In this document: positions 39,886-50,046 of the stretch, piece after piece
Numbering within the stretch: position 1 is the stretch's first letter
How the letters are laid out: each line of letters opens with the position of its first letter
Source: an uncultured Lachnospiraceae bacterium
GTDB lineage: Bacteria > Bacillota > Clostridia > Eubacteriales > Eubacteriaceae
Assembly: GCA_964510565.1 (NCBI GenBank)
Contig: CAZEBY010000007.1
Span: 2,511 to 66,510, forward strand
Length of the DNA: 64,000 bases
Direction: 5' to 3'
Made by a program: the position numbers and the translations under genes
Notes under the pieces: generated by a model
What the model was told of the DNA's origin: nothing
Database searches by the model: none
The model's input: only the letters and a program-made list of their open reading frames with translations

Positions 39886-40305
39886 TTACTTTGTCTGGCC
39901 TACTTCCATCACACTGCTCATTGGATAATTTACACCATTGACTATAATTTCCGCATCGCCATTATAAAGGTTGACACCTTCAACCGTTCCGGTAATCACA
40001 TTCAGTGACCCATCTGACTTGGTTTCAGCCAGTGTTACTTCTTTGCCGATCATACTGAGGCCATAAGTCGTTTTTGTCAGCTCGGTCAAATCAGTTAATG
40101 CCTGAACCATCGAAAACTGAGCCATCTGGGTAGTGTACTGCGAGGTATCGGCGGTATTATTCATATCCTGATTTTGTAACTGAGCGACCATCAGTTTTAA
40201 AAAGTCATCCATATCCAGCGACGTTTTAGTTGATTTGCTTGTCGTTTGGGTGGTTGCGGTCGTCGCAGCTGTGCTTAAATAGTTATTGATGCCATCAATC
40301 GCCAT
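39886..40305 (-). CDS. flgD: Hook capping protein FlgD
   Basis: LDMDDFLKLMVAQLQNQD, QMAQFS, MIGKEV. Confidence 0.93.
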   Translation of the reverse strand: MAIDGINNYLSTAATTATTQTTSKSTKTSLDMDDFLKLMVAQLQNQDMNNTADTSQYTTQMAQFSMVQALTDLTELTKTTYGLSMIGKEVTLAETKSDGSLNVITGTVEGVNLYNGDAEIIVNGVNYPMSSVMEVGQTK

Positions 40306-40317
40306 GATTTTTCCTCC

Positions 40318-41778
40318 TTAAATCAAATAATTTACTCGGTGGTTTCTGTAGTTTTGCAGATTCTGGGGAATCAAAACCGCTTCATCGTCATCGCTGCCTG
40401 TTAAAATGCGATTTAGAACACCACTGTTTTTGATAAACTGTTCTCTTAGCAGGGTCTGATTTTGTTTCTGATTGGGATCGGAACCGCCGTTCATTGTAAA
40501 TGCGGCATTCTGACTGTCACTACTCTGCTCAACCGGGGTATTCACATGCACCGTTTCGACCTGAACATTATGAAGCGCCAAGCCTCTCACCAATTGGTTA
40601 ATCTGTTTACCCAGGAGATTTTGGGTGTCCTGACTGAGTGCTGTAATATCAATCACCAGTTTTCCCTGATCATAACTGAGTTTGATGTCGATATCACCCA
40701 AGTTATCCGGCGATAATGTCATCTGTAAGACCATTGGCTTGTTAGGCTCAAAATTCTGGATGATTTTTTGTTCAACCTGCTGAGCTACCTCCACCTTGGT
40801 ATTGGGCTGTACTTCTGCTCCTCTGTTCGCGTTGATACCCGTTAAATTGATCTCCTGCACACCGATTTCATTTGGATTCTGGTTCTCATTTTCGGTCAAT
40901 GTCTTCGTTTGAACTTCAAAAACCATTGTCTTTTCAGAAACATGCTGATCTTTCAAATTTGCACCGTCAATCACATTGGCAGCTTCTTTTGTTTGAATAT
41001 TCTCACTTTGAATCCTACTTAGCTTCCTATCGTCACCAAAAATTGGGGACTGTGGATCATCACCTGTGCTGATCTGATTATTCAGCTGTTGCGAATGATC
41101 AATTGTATTGTCGCTCTCTTTAACCGCTGCTAACCCATCACTGTATTTTTTAAATAATCCCGGCAGCTCATCCACCCCATTCTCGTCGGTTTCGATCGTT
41201 TGATTCAAAGCCGGTAATTCTTCTTCGCGAATTCCATCAAGCTCTGAACCATTTGTTAAAATAGACAAATTTTGTGGTTGCTCAATCAATTCAATGACCT
41301 GTCCCTGATTCTTAAGACCTTCCGTCACCTCATTTTCTTTTAAACCTAATTTCAGGCTAAGCCGTGTCAGAGCAGTGTCAAGACCTCCCTGTAGATTCTG
41401 TACCCCGATTAATTGCGCCGGATCGAATGCTGGTATTAAACTGCCCACCTGATCTTCATCACACTTTAGCTCTTCCGCTACCGGTTCCTCAACTTGTCCA
41501 TCATCAGCTTTTTCTTCAATGTCTTTTGATAATCTCTGAACTTTTTCTCGACAGTCGCTTTCCGAAACTGCTCCGGATTCCTGTCGGCTCTCCCGAAGCT
41601 TCTCCTCATGACGATCTGCCTTCCCGATGCTTTGTTTGGAATGCTCGAGCAAATCTCTAAAATGAGAACTTCTTTCCTGCCATTTTGTCTGATCTTTCGC
41701 GAAACTCTCAGTTTTTACATCAATTCCTCTTATCCCACTGATTGTCGACTTACTTGCCGATTGAAACTCTAAATTCAT
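40318..41778 (-). CDS. fliK: Hook-length control protein FliK
   Basis: Acidic low-complexity N-part, C-terminal LSPDNLGDIDIKL; precedes flgD; AGGAGG RBS. Confidence 0.85.
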   Translation of the reverse strand: MNLEFQSASKSTISGIRGIDVKTESFAKDQTKWQERSSHFRDLLEHSKQSIGKADRHEEKLRESRQESGAVSESDCREKVQRLSKDIEEKADDGQVEEPVAEELKCDEDQVGSLIPAFDPAQLIGVQNLQGGLDTALTRLSLKLGLKENEVTEGLKNQGQVIELIEQPQNLSILTNGSELDGIREEELPALNQTIETDENGVDELPGLFKKYSDGLAAVKESDNTIDHSQQLNNQISTGDDPQSPIFGDDRKLSRIQSENIQTKEAANVIDGANLKDQHVSEKTMVFEVQTKTLTENENQNPNEIGVQEINLTGINANRGAEVQPNTKVEVAQQVEQKIIQNFEPNKPMVLQMTLSPDNLGDIDIKLSYDQGKLVIDITALSQDTQNLLGKQINQLVRGLALHNVQVETVHVNTPVEQSSDSQNAAFTMNGGSDPNQKQNQTLLREQFIKNSGVLNRILTGSDDDEAVLIPQNLQNYRNHRVNYLI

Positions 41779-42127
41779 TGCCTACCTCCTTTCGATATTT
41801 GTTTTTTGTCACTTACCTGCACGACCTGTCCAGGAAGCAACCAGAACAATTAAATTGTCCTATTTATATAACAGTCATATGGACTGATATATTCTTATTA
41901 TATATATGAACTTATAGCTTATTCCTAAACACTAAATGTTCAAAATAAAACATTGTTTAAGAAACCCATGCGTTTTAATAACGAATGTTTTCGATGCAGC
42001 GACTCTTCCTTAAACGATGAAGCTTACGATTATTATATATTAACAGCTAAATGTGACGCAACCGATTTAAGTGTTTTTTATATTTTAGTTCTGCTCTGTT
42101 TCTACCAGTCGAATTGCCTCTTTTTAA

Positions 42128-42157
42128 CAAAAAAATGCAGCGACAATGCCGCTGCTG
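42128..42157 (-). terminator. Riboswitch expression-platform terminator
   Basis: gcagcggcattgtcgctgca-ttttttt ~25 nt downstream of aptamer. Confidence 0.8.
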
Positions 42158-42180
42158 ATTATGGTAATAACCTAAAAATT

Positions 42181-42256
42181 ATGCAACTGGCTGTCATATA
42201 ACCGTGTATTTAGACCCTATAGCTTTGCGTCCTTACTTTTCAATAAGTTTGCCAAT
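42181..42256 (-). promoter_or_regulatory. c-di-GMP-I (GEMM) riboswitch aptamer
   Basis: GGCAAACttattGAAAagtaaGGACGCAAAGCtataGGGTCTAAatacacggttatATGACAGCCAGTTGC matches the class I consensus. Confidence 0.92.
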
Positions 42257-42270
42257 ATTACGTTGTTATA

Positions 42271-42299
42271 ATATTACTTTATTTCACACAAACTGTCAA
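42271..42299 (-). promoter_or_regulatory. sigmaA promoter driving the riboswitch/fliK leader
   Basis: TTGACA-N17-TAATAT. Confidence 0.75.
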
Positions 42300-42424
42300 T
42301 GAAAATATTCCCTTCCTTAAGTGATGAAATATAAAAATTTCGCATAACTACAGGGGTTTTAATATCGTTGCCTCGGTTAAATCGTTTCAAATTTTTGCCC
42401 CCTTTTTTGCGGGTCAGCCCTTGC

Positions 42425-44140
42425 TTAATTATCGAATTCACTCTGGGCAATCAGTCCCTGATGAAGCTTCAGTCCCAGAATACCCTGGGCGATGTTTGAA
42501 GCATGGTCCCCAACCCGTTCAATATTAGTCAGCAAGTCCAGAAAGATAACACCGGCATACGGATTACAGATTCCTTCGTTGAGACGACGGATGTGATCAT
42601 CTTTCAGTTTTTCAGTTAATTCATCAATTTCTTCTTCTTCGTCGAGGATCTTATAACATAAATTGGTATCTTCGCTTTCCATTAATTCTACCATATCCCG
42701 AAGGGTATTGGTTGTTAAACCAATCAGATTCAACACTTCCTGGTTGGCAATATCACTAAATATAATTTTATTGGTCGCTCGCATTTCAGCCAGTTCCCCA
42801 ATATTCATGGCATGATCGCCAATTCGCTCCAGATCATGACTACCTTTCATGACAAAGGCGAGACGATCATTCTCTTCCTCGGACATGTTTTCATTGGACA
42901 ATTTTATAGAGTACTCGACAATGCCCTGTTGAAATTCATCAATGCGTTCTTCCCGTTTGATAATTTCTTCGACCAGTTTTTCATTACCGTCCATAATTGA
43001 TTCACAGGCTACTTTAAAGTTCTTCAAACTCATATCAGCCAGTCGATTTGTTTCTCTGACAACCTGACCTAAAGCGATGGCGGGATTATTGAGCAAGCGA
43101 TCATCCAGCTGCAGTCCACGCTCTTCCTCTTTTTCCGGGTAAGCCTGATCCAGAAAGGTGACAAAATAACCAATCAGTGGAAACAGCACAATGGTATTGG
43201 CCACATTAAAAAGGGTATGCGCCATCGCAATCTGTCTTGCCACATTGGCGACCGCTTCACCGCTGCTGCTGATCGATACCCCGGAAATACTGACGATAAA
43301 TTGGTAAATCGGATTAATCGCCATCGCACTGTCCATCCCGGCCAGCAATAACATCACCCAAATGGCTCCAAAAATATTGACGAAAAGGTGGATAAAGGCC
43401 GCTTTTTTTGCGGCTGTCGAGGTACCGATGCAAGAGATCAGTGCCGTCACACAGGTTCCGATATTGGTACCAATTAAGATCGGGATACAGATTTGAATCG
43501 CACCGGTGCCGCCAATACTGGCAAAAACGCCGGAAAGGGCCAAGGCTTGCAGCAACCCGATCGAGGCGCTACTGCTTTGAATAATTCCGGTGATCAGGGT
43601 TCCAATCAGAACCCCTAACAGCGGATTGGTCCCATAGGTTGACAGTAGATAGATAAAATCTTCGCTTTCCCTCAGTGGTGCCATCGCGGTTGACATCGCG
43701 GCAATCCCAAAAAACAAAATCCCGAAGCCAAGAAAAATACTGCCCAGATCGCGGTTTCTCTTGCGGGTACTAAAGAGGGTGACTATTGCGCCAAAACCGA
43801 TAAAAACTGGTGCCAGTTCGGTAACATTAAAGGCAATCAGCTGGGCGGTCACGGTCGTTCCGATATTGGCTCCGAGAATCACCCCGGCCGCCTGAGTAAG
43901 TGACATCAGCGCAGCGTTGACAAAGCCAACCACCATCACCGTTGTGGTACTGGAACTCTGGACAATCATAGTGACTACCGTTCCCACCAGGATTGCTTTG
44001 ACCTTGTTATTGGTTAAAACTTCCAATAGTTTTTTCATTCTTGTTCCGGCCACTGTTTTTAAGCCTTCGCTCATCATGTGCATTCCAAAAATGAATAAAC
44101 CCAAGCCTCCAAAAAGGCCAATCAGCATTTCTAACGTCAT
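42425..44140 (-). CDS. Na+/phosphate cotransporter with C-terminal PhoU domains
   Basis: VQSSSTTT, GANIGTT, IQSSSA, GTNIGTC, DLERIGDHA x2; GGAGGAG RBS before ATG 44140. Confidence 0.92.
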   Translation of the reverse strand: MTLEMLIGLFGGLGLFIFGMHMMSEGLKTVAGTRMKKLLEVLTNNKVKAILVGTVVTMIVQSSSTTTVMVVGFVNAALMSLTQAAGVILGANIGTTVTAQLIAFNVTELAPVFIGFGAIVTLFSTRKRNRDLGSIFLGFGILFFGIAAMSTAMAPLRESEDFIYLLSTYGTNPLLGVLIGTLITGIIQSSSASIGLLQALALSGVFASIGGTGAIQICIPILIGTNIGTCVTALISCIGTSTAAKKAAFIHLFVNIFGAIWVMLLLAGMDSAMAINPIYQFIVSISGVSISSSGEAVANVARQIAMAHTLFNVANTIVLFPLIGYFVTFLDQAYPEKEEERGLQLDDRLLNNPAIALGQVVRETNRLADMSLKNFKVACESIMDGNEKLVEEIIKREERIDEFQQGIVEYSIKLSNENMSEEENDRLAFVMKGSHDLERIGDHAMNIGELAEMRATNKIIFSDIANQEVLNLIGLTTNTLRDMVELMESEDTNLCYKILDEEEEIDELTEKLKDDHIRRLNEGICNPYAGVIFLDLLTNIERVGDHASNIAQGILGLKLHQGLIAQSEFDN

Positions 44141-44487
44141 TTTCTCCTCCAAAATATCAAAATTAGTTTTAAACCCCAGGTATTCTCTAAAATTCAAACG
44201 ATTCTCAAGCGGTTCCTAATCAACTTGATTTCTGCTCTTCAAAATGAAAGATTAGACCCCCGTGGGCCTAATCTTCTGTCTTTTGATTTACCAGGGTAAC
44301 ATTATTTTTGATGTTTTTTCTTTTCTTGAATCATATTTTAACAATATTTTAACATTAAGTTAATATTATGCGAATCTTTTTTTTGTTTTTTAGCTAAGAT
44401 TCTCTAAAATTTAGCTTAACCAACTTTATTGTTATCCTGGTTCATAATTGTAATGCATTGCATCTTATGATAAATCCAATTAAAAAC

Positions 44488-44516
44488 TTGACAGCGCCTT
44501 TACTTTTTGATATTCT
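44488..44516 (+). promoter_or_regulatory. sigmaA promoter of glyS leader
   Basis: TTGACA-N17-TATTCT with TG extension. Confidence 0.7.
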
Positions 44517-44540
44517 TCATTTCAACTACAACTTAATATT

Positions 44541-44790
44541 AAAAGCGTTGAGAAAAGAATAATCAGCGGGTCAATGATTTAAAGCGAACAGATGACGGTG
44601 AAAGATCTGTAATTTAACCCCCTGAGTGGCACTTTTTGAGCTGCAGCTACTGTTTGATCACTACAATGGTCGATCTGTGTTGACGTGAGATTCGTTAAAT
44701 TTTAAAGGTGGTTTGCCATTTTCGGCCAACAACTTGGGTGGAACCGCGGTTATACCGTCCCTTGTGACAATACAAGGGACGGTTTTTTAT
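44541..44790 (+). promoter_or_regulatory. Gly T-box riboswitch
   Basis: AGCGA/GGTGAAAG stem I motifs, GGC specifier at 44628-44630, T-box AACTTGGGTGGAACCGCG (44731-44748), terminator ccgtcccttgt..acaagggacgg-tttttt. Confidence 0.9.
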
Positions 44791-44835
44791 TTAGCACTGA
44801 TGCGATCAAATTCACTATTTATTCAGGAGGAAAAA

Positions 44836-46230
44836 ATGTCAGAATTTACTATGGCTGAAATTGTCAGTCTCGCCAAAATGAGGGGAATTATCTTCCCCGG
44901 TTCAGAAATTTATGATGGTCTTGCCAATAGTTGGGACTACGGCCCACTGGGTGTTGAAATGAAAAACAATGTCAAAAAAGCCTGGTGGAAAAAGTTTGTC
45001 CAGGAATCTCCCTACAACGTCGGTCTGGATGCAGCCATCCTGATGAACCCCAAAACCTGGGTCGCCTCGGGTCATGTCGGGGGCTTTAATGATCCGCTGA
45101 TGGACTGCAAAGCCTGTCAGTCGCGTTTTCGGGCTGATAAACTGATCGCCGATTACTATTTTGAAAAAGGTGAAGACGTCATCGTCGATGCCTGGTCTAA
45201 TGAAGAAATGAAGACTTTTATTGTGGAACATAACATTGTCTGTCCTGAATGTGGAAAGATGGATTACACCGATATCCGCCAGTTCAATCTGATGTTTAAA
45301 ACCTTCCAGGGCGTCAACGAAGATACCGCCAGCGAGATCTTCCTGCGCCCGGAAACGGCCCAGGGAATTTTTGTCAATTTTAAAAATGTCCAGCGTACCA
45401 CCCGAAAAAAAGTGCCATTTGGGATTGCTCAGGTCGGTAAATCCTTCCGTAACGAGATCACACCGGGCAACTTTATTTTCAGAACCCGGGAATTTGAACA
45501 AATGGAACTGGAATTTTTCTGTGCCCCTGGGACAGATCTGGAATGGTTTGATTACTGGAAAGCTTTCTGTAAAAAATGGCTGTTTGACCTCGGGATGAAA
45601 GATGAAAATATCCGTTTCCGGGATCATGAAAAGGAAGAACTCTCACATTACAGTAATGCCACCACCGATGTGGAATTCCGCTTCCCGTTTGGCTGGGGTG
45701 AACTTTGGGGCATCGCTGACCGGACCGATTTTGACTTGACCCAGCATCAGAACCACTCCGGCAAAGACATGAAGTACACCGATCCGGTTACCAATGAAAA
45801 GTACATCCCCTACTGCATTGAGCCTTCATTGGGGGCTGACCGGGTTTTCCTGGCCTTCCTGTGCAATGCAATGGAAAAAGAAACCATTACCAGCGGTGAC
45901 AAAACTGAAGAACGAAATGTCATGCGGATTCATCCCTTCCTATCGGCTTATAAGGCGGCAGTATTACCACTTTCTAAAAAACTAAGCGATAAGGCACTGG
46001 AGATTTCGACGCTGCTGTCAAAGCACTTTATGATTGAATACGACGAAGCTGGCAGCATCGGCAAGCGTTACCGCCGTCAGGACGAAATCGGTACACCTTT
46101 CTGTGTCACCGTCGATTTTGACACCCTGGAGGATGAATGCGTCACCCTCAGAGACCGTGACACCATGGATCAGGTCCGGGTTCCGATTGCAGAAGTGGTG
46201 GATTATATTTCTAAGCGAATCGATTTTTAA
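44836..46230 (+). CDS. glyS: Glycine-tRNA ligase (alpha2 type)
   Basis: [55 protein letters not shown]; AGGAGG RBS before ATG 44836. Confidence 0.96.
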   Translation: MSEFTMAEIVSLAKMRGIIFPGSEIYDGLANSWDYGPLGVEMKNNVKKAWWKKFVQESPYNVGLDAAILMNPKTWVASGHVGGFNDPLMDCKACQSRFRADKLIADYYFEKGEDVIVDAWSNEEMKTFIVEHNIVCPECGKMDYTDIRQFNLMFKTFQGVNEDTASEIFLRPETAQGIFVNFKNVQRTTRKKVPFGIAQVGKSFRNEITPGNFIFRTREFEQMELEFFCAPGTDLEWFDYWKAFCKKWLFDLGMKDENIRFRDHEKEELSHYSNATTDVEFRFPFGWGELWGIADRTDFDLTQHQNHSGKDMKYTDPVTNEKYIPYCIEPSLGADRVFLAFLCNAMEKETITSGDKTEERNVMRIHPFLSAYKAAVLPLSKKLSDKALEISTLLSKHFMIEYDEAGSIGKRYRRQDEIGTPFCVTVDFDTLEDECVTLRDRDTMDQVRVPIAEVVDYISKRIDF

Positions 46231-46249
46231 CTTGCATATATTTTCAAAA

Positions 46250-46290
46250 AAACGACCCCTGTTCGAGAACTTTCGAACAGGGGTCATTTT
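46250..46290. terminator. Bidirectional terminator between convergent glyS and Fe-S gene
   Basis: gacccctgttcga...tcgaacaggggtc with A/T tails on both sides. Confidence 0.8.
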
Positions 46291-46313
46291 TGAGTGATAA
46301 ATTTTAGAACGAA

Positions 46314-46703
46314 CTAGGATTCTTTGATCGCCAAGACGTCTTGTGGACATGCATCAACACAGATACCGCAAGCAATACATTTTGAAGGAACATCCCGGTC
46401 TTCTGATTTAACCAGTACGCCAAATGGACATGCTTCGACACATTTTCCACAGTTTACACATAGTTTTTTGCTGATCATGTAAACGCCTTTGGCATTTTGC
46501 GTGATCGCACCAGCTTCACAGGCTTTGGCACATTTACCGCATTGAACACATACCAAGGTTTTTGGGCTACCATCTTCTTTTTCGGTGATGCGAATGCAAG
46601 CTAATTCTGAAACCGGTTCTTTGTAGAATGCGTTTGCACAAGCTAATTCACAACCTAAACATTTGACACATGCTGACTGATCAGCTACAACTACTTTTTT
46701 CAT
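46314..46703 (-). CDS. 4x[4Fe-4S] electron-transfer protein (ferredoxin/HydN-CooF-like)
   Basis: Four CxxCxxCxxxC motifs; AAGGAGG RBS. Confidence 0.88.
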   Translation of the reverse strand: MKKVVVADQSACVKCLGCELACANAFYKEPVSELACIRITEKEDGSPKTLVCVQCGKCAKACEAGAITQNAKGVYMISKKLCVNCGKCVEACPFGVLVKSEDRDVPSKCIACGICVDACPQDVLAIKES

Positions 46704-46747
46704 TGTTACTCCTCCTTAAGGGCAATTTGATCTTTCGATCAAATTTT

Positions 46748-46888
46748 GACTGTCAAAAAAGCTAACCCAGTACCGACAATTGTTACATCATGTTGTACGC
46801 ATCGGAGCGGACACGGCATCGCCTGTCCGATTCCGCAGCGAACAACAGATTAACAATTGGTCGGTACGGTAGTTTGTCGACAACCTCG
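46748..46888. mobile_element. MITE-like rod-shaped element, copy A, with 23-bp flanking direct repeat
   Basis: Core GTACCGACAATTGTTA...TAACAATTGGTCGGTAC (46770-46867) identical to copy B apart from a 19-bp insert; outer ends GACTGTCAAAAAAG / GTTTGTCGACAACCTC; flanks 46725-46747 and 46889-46911 match at 21/23. Confidence 0.75.
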
Positions 46889-46936
46889 ATTTAATCTTTT
46901 GATCAAATTTTTGTTTGAAATTTTCAACTGGTTTTC

Positions 46937-46965
46937 ATTCTACTGATAAAGCCATAAAATGTCAA
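46937..46965 (-). promoter_or_regulatory. sigmaA promoter of Fe-S gene
   Basis: TTGACA-N17-TAGAAT. Confidence 0.7.
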
Positions 46966-47134
46966 CCTAATCCGGAATTTTTATAGGTATTTCTGCTGTT
47001 GCGATGTTTATTCGCCTCCTACTGACAAAATATTACTACTCTTTGTCAATACTCCTTCTAAATATGATTAAATTTTTATCAATTAATTCCCTGAAAAGAA
47101 AAGAGCTCTCCATAATCGGAAAGCTCTTTGATAT

Positions 47135-48205
47135 TTAAGAATGTTGTTTCAGTTTTTCGGCCTGGTCATTGGTGATTAAGGCATTGATCATCTCGTCGAT
47201 GTCACCATCGAGAAAAGCTTCCAGTTGATAGACGGTCATATTGATCCGGTGATCAGAGATTCGCCCCTGCGGGAAATTATAGGTCCGGATCCGCTCGCTG
47301 CGGTCACCGGTACCAACCTGACTTTTGCGGTTTTCAGCAATTTCACTTTGCTGTTTTTGCTGTTCTATTTCATAGAGTCTGGCTTTTAGAATTTTCAGGG
47401 CCTTGTCCTTGTTTTTCAGCTGGGACTTTTCATCCTGACAGGTAACCACCATCCCGGTGGGGAGATGGGTAATTCGCACGGCCGAGTCGGTGGTGTTAAC
47501 ACTTTGACCACCGTTACCGGATGACCGGTAAACATCAACCCGCAGGTCATTGGCGCCAATTTCAATTTCAACGTCTTCTGCCTCCGGCAACACCGCCACG
47601 GTAGCAGTTGAGGTGTGAATCCGGCCACCCGATTCGGTACTGGGAATCCGCTGCACCCGATGAACCCCGCTTTCGTATTTCAGGCGGCTGTACACCCCGG
47701 TGCCTTCAATGGCAAAAATGATTTCTTTGATTCCCCCGATATCGGGAATACTGGAACTCATGATCTCACTTTTCCAGCCCTGTCGTTCGGCATAGCGGGT
47801 CAACATTCTAAAAAGGTCGCCGGCAAACAGGGCGGCCTCGCTGCCACCGGCGCCGGCCCGAATCTCAACAATAACGTTCTTATCATCATTAACATCCTTG
47901 GGAAGCAGCAAAATTCGCAGTTCTTCCTCCAGTTCGACCTTCTTTTTAGACAATTCATCGAGCTCGGCTTCAGCCATTTCTTTAAAGTCTTTTTCCAGCT
48001 GTTTATCAGCCAACATCTCTTTGGTATCATCAATCGCTGACAATGTCGCTGAAAACTCATTGTATTTTTGAATGATCGGTTCAATATGGGCATGTTCTTT
48101 GATCAGCTTCTTCCACTGATTCTGATCGCCGATGATTTCGGGATCACTGATCTTTTCATTTAATTCAGCATACTTTCCTGCTAAAAAATCTAACTTAGCT
48201 AACAT
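47135..48205 (-). CDS. prfA: Peptide chain release factor 1
   Basis: [16 protein letters not shown] (PxT of RF1), [17 protein letters not shown]. Confidence 0.97.
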   Translation of the reverse strand: MLAKLDFLAGKYAELNEKISDPEIIGDQNQWKKLIKEHAHIEPIIQKYNEFSATLSAIDDTKEMLADKQLEKDFKEMAEAELDELSKKKVELEEELRILLLPKDVNDDKNVIVEIRAGAGGSEAALFAGDLFRMLTRYAERQGWKSEIMSSSIPDIGGIKEIIFAIEGTGVYSRLKYESGVHRVQRIPSTESGGRIHTSTATVAVLPEAEDVEIEIGANDLRVDVYRSSGNGGQSVNTTDSAVRITHLPTGMVVTCQDEKSQLKNKDKALKILKARLYEIEQQKQQSEIAENRKSQVGTGDRSERIRTYNFPQGRISDHRINMTVYQLEAFLDGDIDEMINALITNDQAEKLKQHS

Positions 48206-48278
48206 AGTGCTCCTTATTTTTTTATTTAATTGATTGGTCGATTATAAATCTGTCGTGATCTTTACTGTCACTTTGGTT

Positions 48279-49157
48279 CTATTCGAAGCGATAGGCTTGT
48301 TTCCATTCATCAAAGAAAAATACAGCCAGAGTTCCGGGGCCAGAGTGGGTTAAAACGGTCGATCCCAGGGGAACAATCTTAAATCGCTCGGTATTGAATC
48401 GCTTGCCAGCCATTTTTACAAACAGTTCCACCAGTTCCGGGCAATCGGCATGACTGATCCCAATGGTTTGCAGTCCCATCTGGTCACCGTGTTCTTCCAG
48501 ATAATCGACCATTTTTTTGATCAGTTTTTTTTCACCTCTGACCTTGTCGATCTGCTGCAATTCTCCAGATTTACTGACTTCCAGTAGTGGATTGATGTTG
48601 AGCATATTGCCGATAATGGCCGTTCCCTTATTGAGCCGACCGCCCCGATAGAGGTATTGGAGATCGGTCACAGTGAAGACATGCTTGACATGCTCAATGT
48701 AATAATTGATCGCTTTTATCAGCTCATCAATGCCGCTACCGGCCGCTGCAGCCTGGGCCGCACCATAAACAATGTGGCCCAAACCATAACACACTGCTTT
48801 GGTATCAACAACCTTAAATACCGCCTCCGGATATTTTTCTCTTAAATCCCGTTCGGCCAGCGCCGCGGCCTGATAGGTACCAGACAGGCCACTGGAAAAA
48901 GCCAGATAAATAAAAGGCTGCTGCTCATTTATCAGTTCTTCAAAGCGTTTGTAAAAATCCCCGTAAGGAATTTGCGATGTTTTGTAGCGCACGCCTTTTC
49001 TCATATTTTCACAAACGACTTCAGATGATATATCAATCCCATCGCGATAATTTATTTCATCCTCGACCACATAAACTGGCATAATTTCAATATCAAATTT
49101 CTGTTGATCGGTTTTAAGCATATCACAGGCAGAATCGGTTATGATTTTTATTGTCAT
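48279..49157 (-). CDS. DegV/FakB fatty-acid-binding protein
   Basis: IITDSACD, KTSQ, SSGLSGTY, L..GGR, HSGPG. Confidence 0.92.
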   Translation of the reverse strand: MTIKIITDSACDMLKTDQQKFDIEIMPVYVVEDEINYRDGIDISSEVVCENMRKGVRYKTSQIPYGDFYKRFEELINEQQPFIYLAFSSGLSGTYQAAALAERDLREKYPEAVFKVVDTKAVCYGLGHIVYGAAQAAAAGSGIDELIKAINYYIEHVKHVFTVTDLQYLYRGGRLNKGTAIIGNMLNINPLLEVSKSGELQQIDKVRGEKKLIKKMVDYLEEHGDQMGLQTIGISHADCPELVELFVKMAGKRFNTERFKIVPLGSTVLTHSGPGTLAVFFFDEWKQAYRFE

Positions 49158-49214
49158 ACTTGCTATCCTTTCCCACTTGATTTTGAAATCTTATTTTATC
49201 ATAGATTTGTCATT

Positions 49215-49973
49215 TTACAAAAACAATTCTTGGGCATATTCCCGGGGATCTGCAAAAAGCACCCGGCCTTTGCTTTCCAGAAAATCAATCAGTCGCTGGG
49301 AATCAAGATTAATAATTAGTTCATCCGGAAAGTCGATTGCATCCAACACCTTGTCGACGTAGGGAAAATCGCCGATATCCGAGGCAAAATGCGTATCGCT
49401 GCCGATAATGATTGGAATTTCCAGCTCCTTGCAACGGTTGGCAATCCATTCACAATTGGGCTTGGAACCTTTGCGGATAAAAAAGGAACCATTGTTGATT
49501 TCAATCAGGGTATTGGTTTTTTTTGCATCCTGAAGAATAGCCTCATAATCGAGCTCGTAAGTGGGATTACCGAGATGACAGATAAAATCGACATCGGGAT
49601 TGGCAATGGCCCCCAAAACCGCCCCAGTATTGATCGATTTCGTTTGCGGTTTAAAAGTAGGGGTGTGGAGCGAGGCAGAAATGATTTCCAGTGAGTCGAT
49701 AAACGCCATCGGAATATCGGTATTGCCGTCACCATCAATGATATTGCTTTCTATCCCTTTAAGTAACTTAACATTGTTTATCTTTCCGGGAACCACCTTA
49801 TAATTGGCAAAAAACAAGGGGGTTGTCGCTCCCGGCAGCGCCGGTCCGTGTTCAGTGATGCAGATCATTTCCAGATTCTTTTTGGCAGCAGCATCGATTA
49901 ATTCCAGAATCGTATTATAGGCATGGCCACAGGCCAGGGTATGGGTATGAGCATCTAAAACATAATTTCTCAT
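49215..49973 (-). CDS. PHP-family phosphatase (YcdX-like)
   Basis: DAHTHT..GHAY, ITEHGP, EINN, GSDTH. Confidence 0.9.
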   Translation of the reverse strand: MRNYVLDAHTHTLACGHAYNTILELIDAAAKKNLEMICITEHGPALPGATTPLFFANYKVVPGKINNVKLLKGIESNIIDGDGNTDIPMAFIDSLEIISASLHTPTFKPQTKSINTGAVLGAIANPDVDFICHLGNPTYELDYEAILQDAKKTNTLIEINNGSFFIRKGSKPNCEWIANRCKELEIPIIIGSDTHFASDIGDFPYVDKVLDAIDFPDELIINLDSQRLIDFLESKGRVLFADPREYAQELFL

Positions 49974-50046
49974 CGCTTCTTCTCTTTCTCTTCAGTATAG
50001 ACTGGACGCAGTAAAATAACATCTGTCTATTTTGGATCTACTTCAT

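Noticed and set aside
41953-42201. 82-aa plus-strand ORF in the fliK leader
   Set aside because: Antisense to the riboswitch and terminator, no RBS, no motifs
44713-44835. N-terminal extension of glyS in the ORF track
   Set aside because: Overlaps the T-box antiterminator/terminator; strong RBS points to ATG 44836
46770-46867. tRNA, SRP RNA or riboswitch identity for the rod-like element
   Set aside because: No cloverleaf/CCA or known aptamer motif; copies occur in unrelated contexts with terminal inverted repeats
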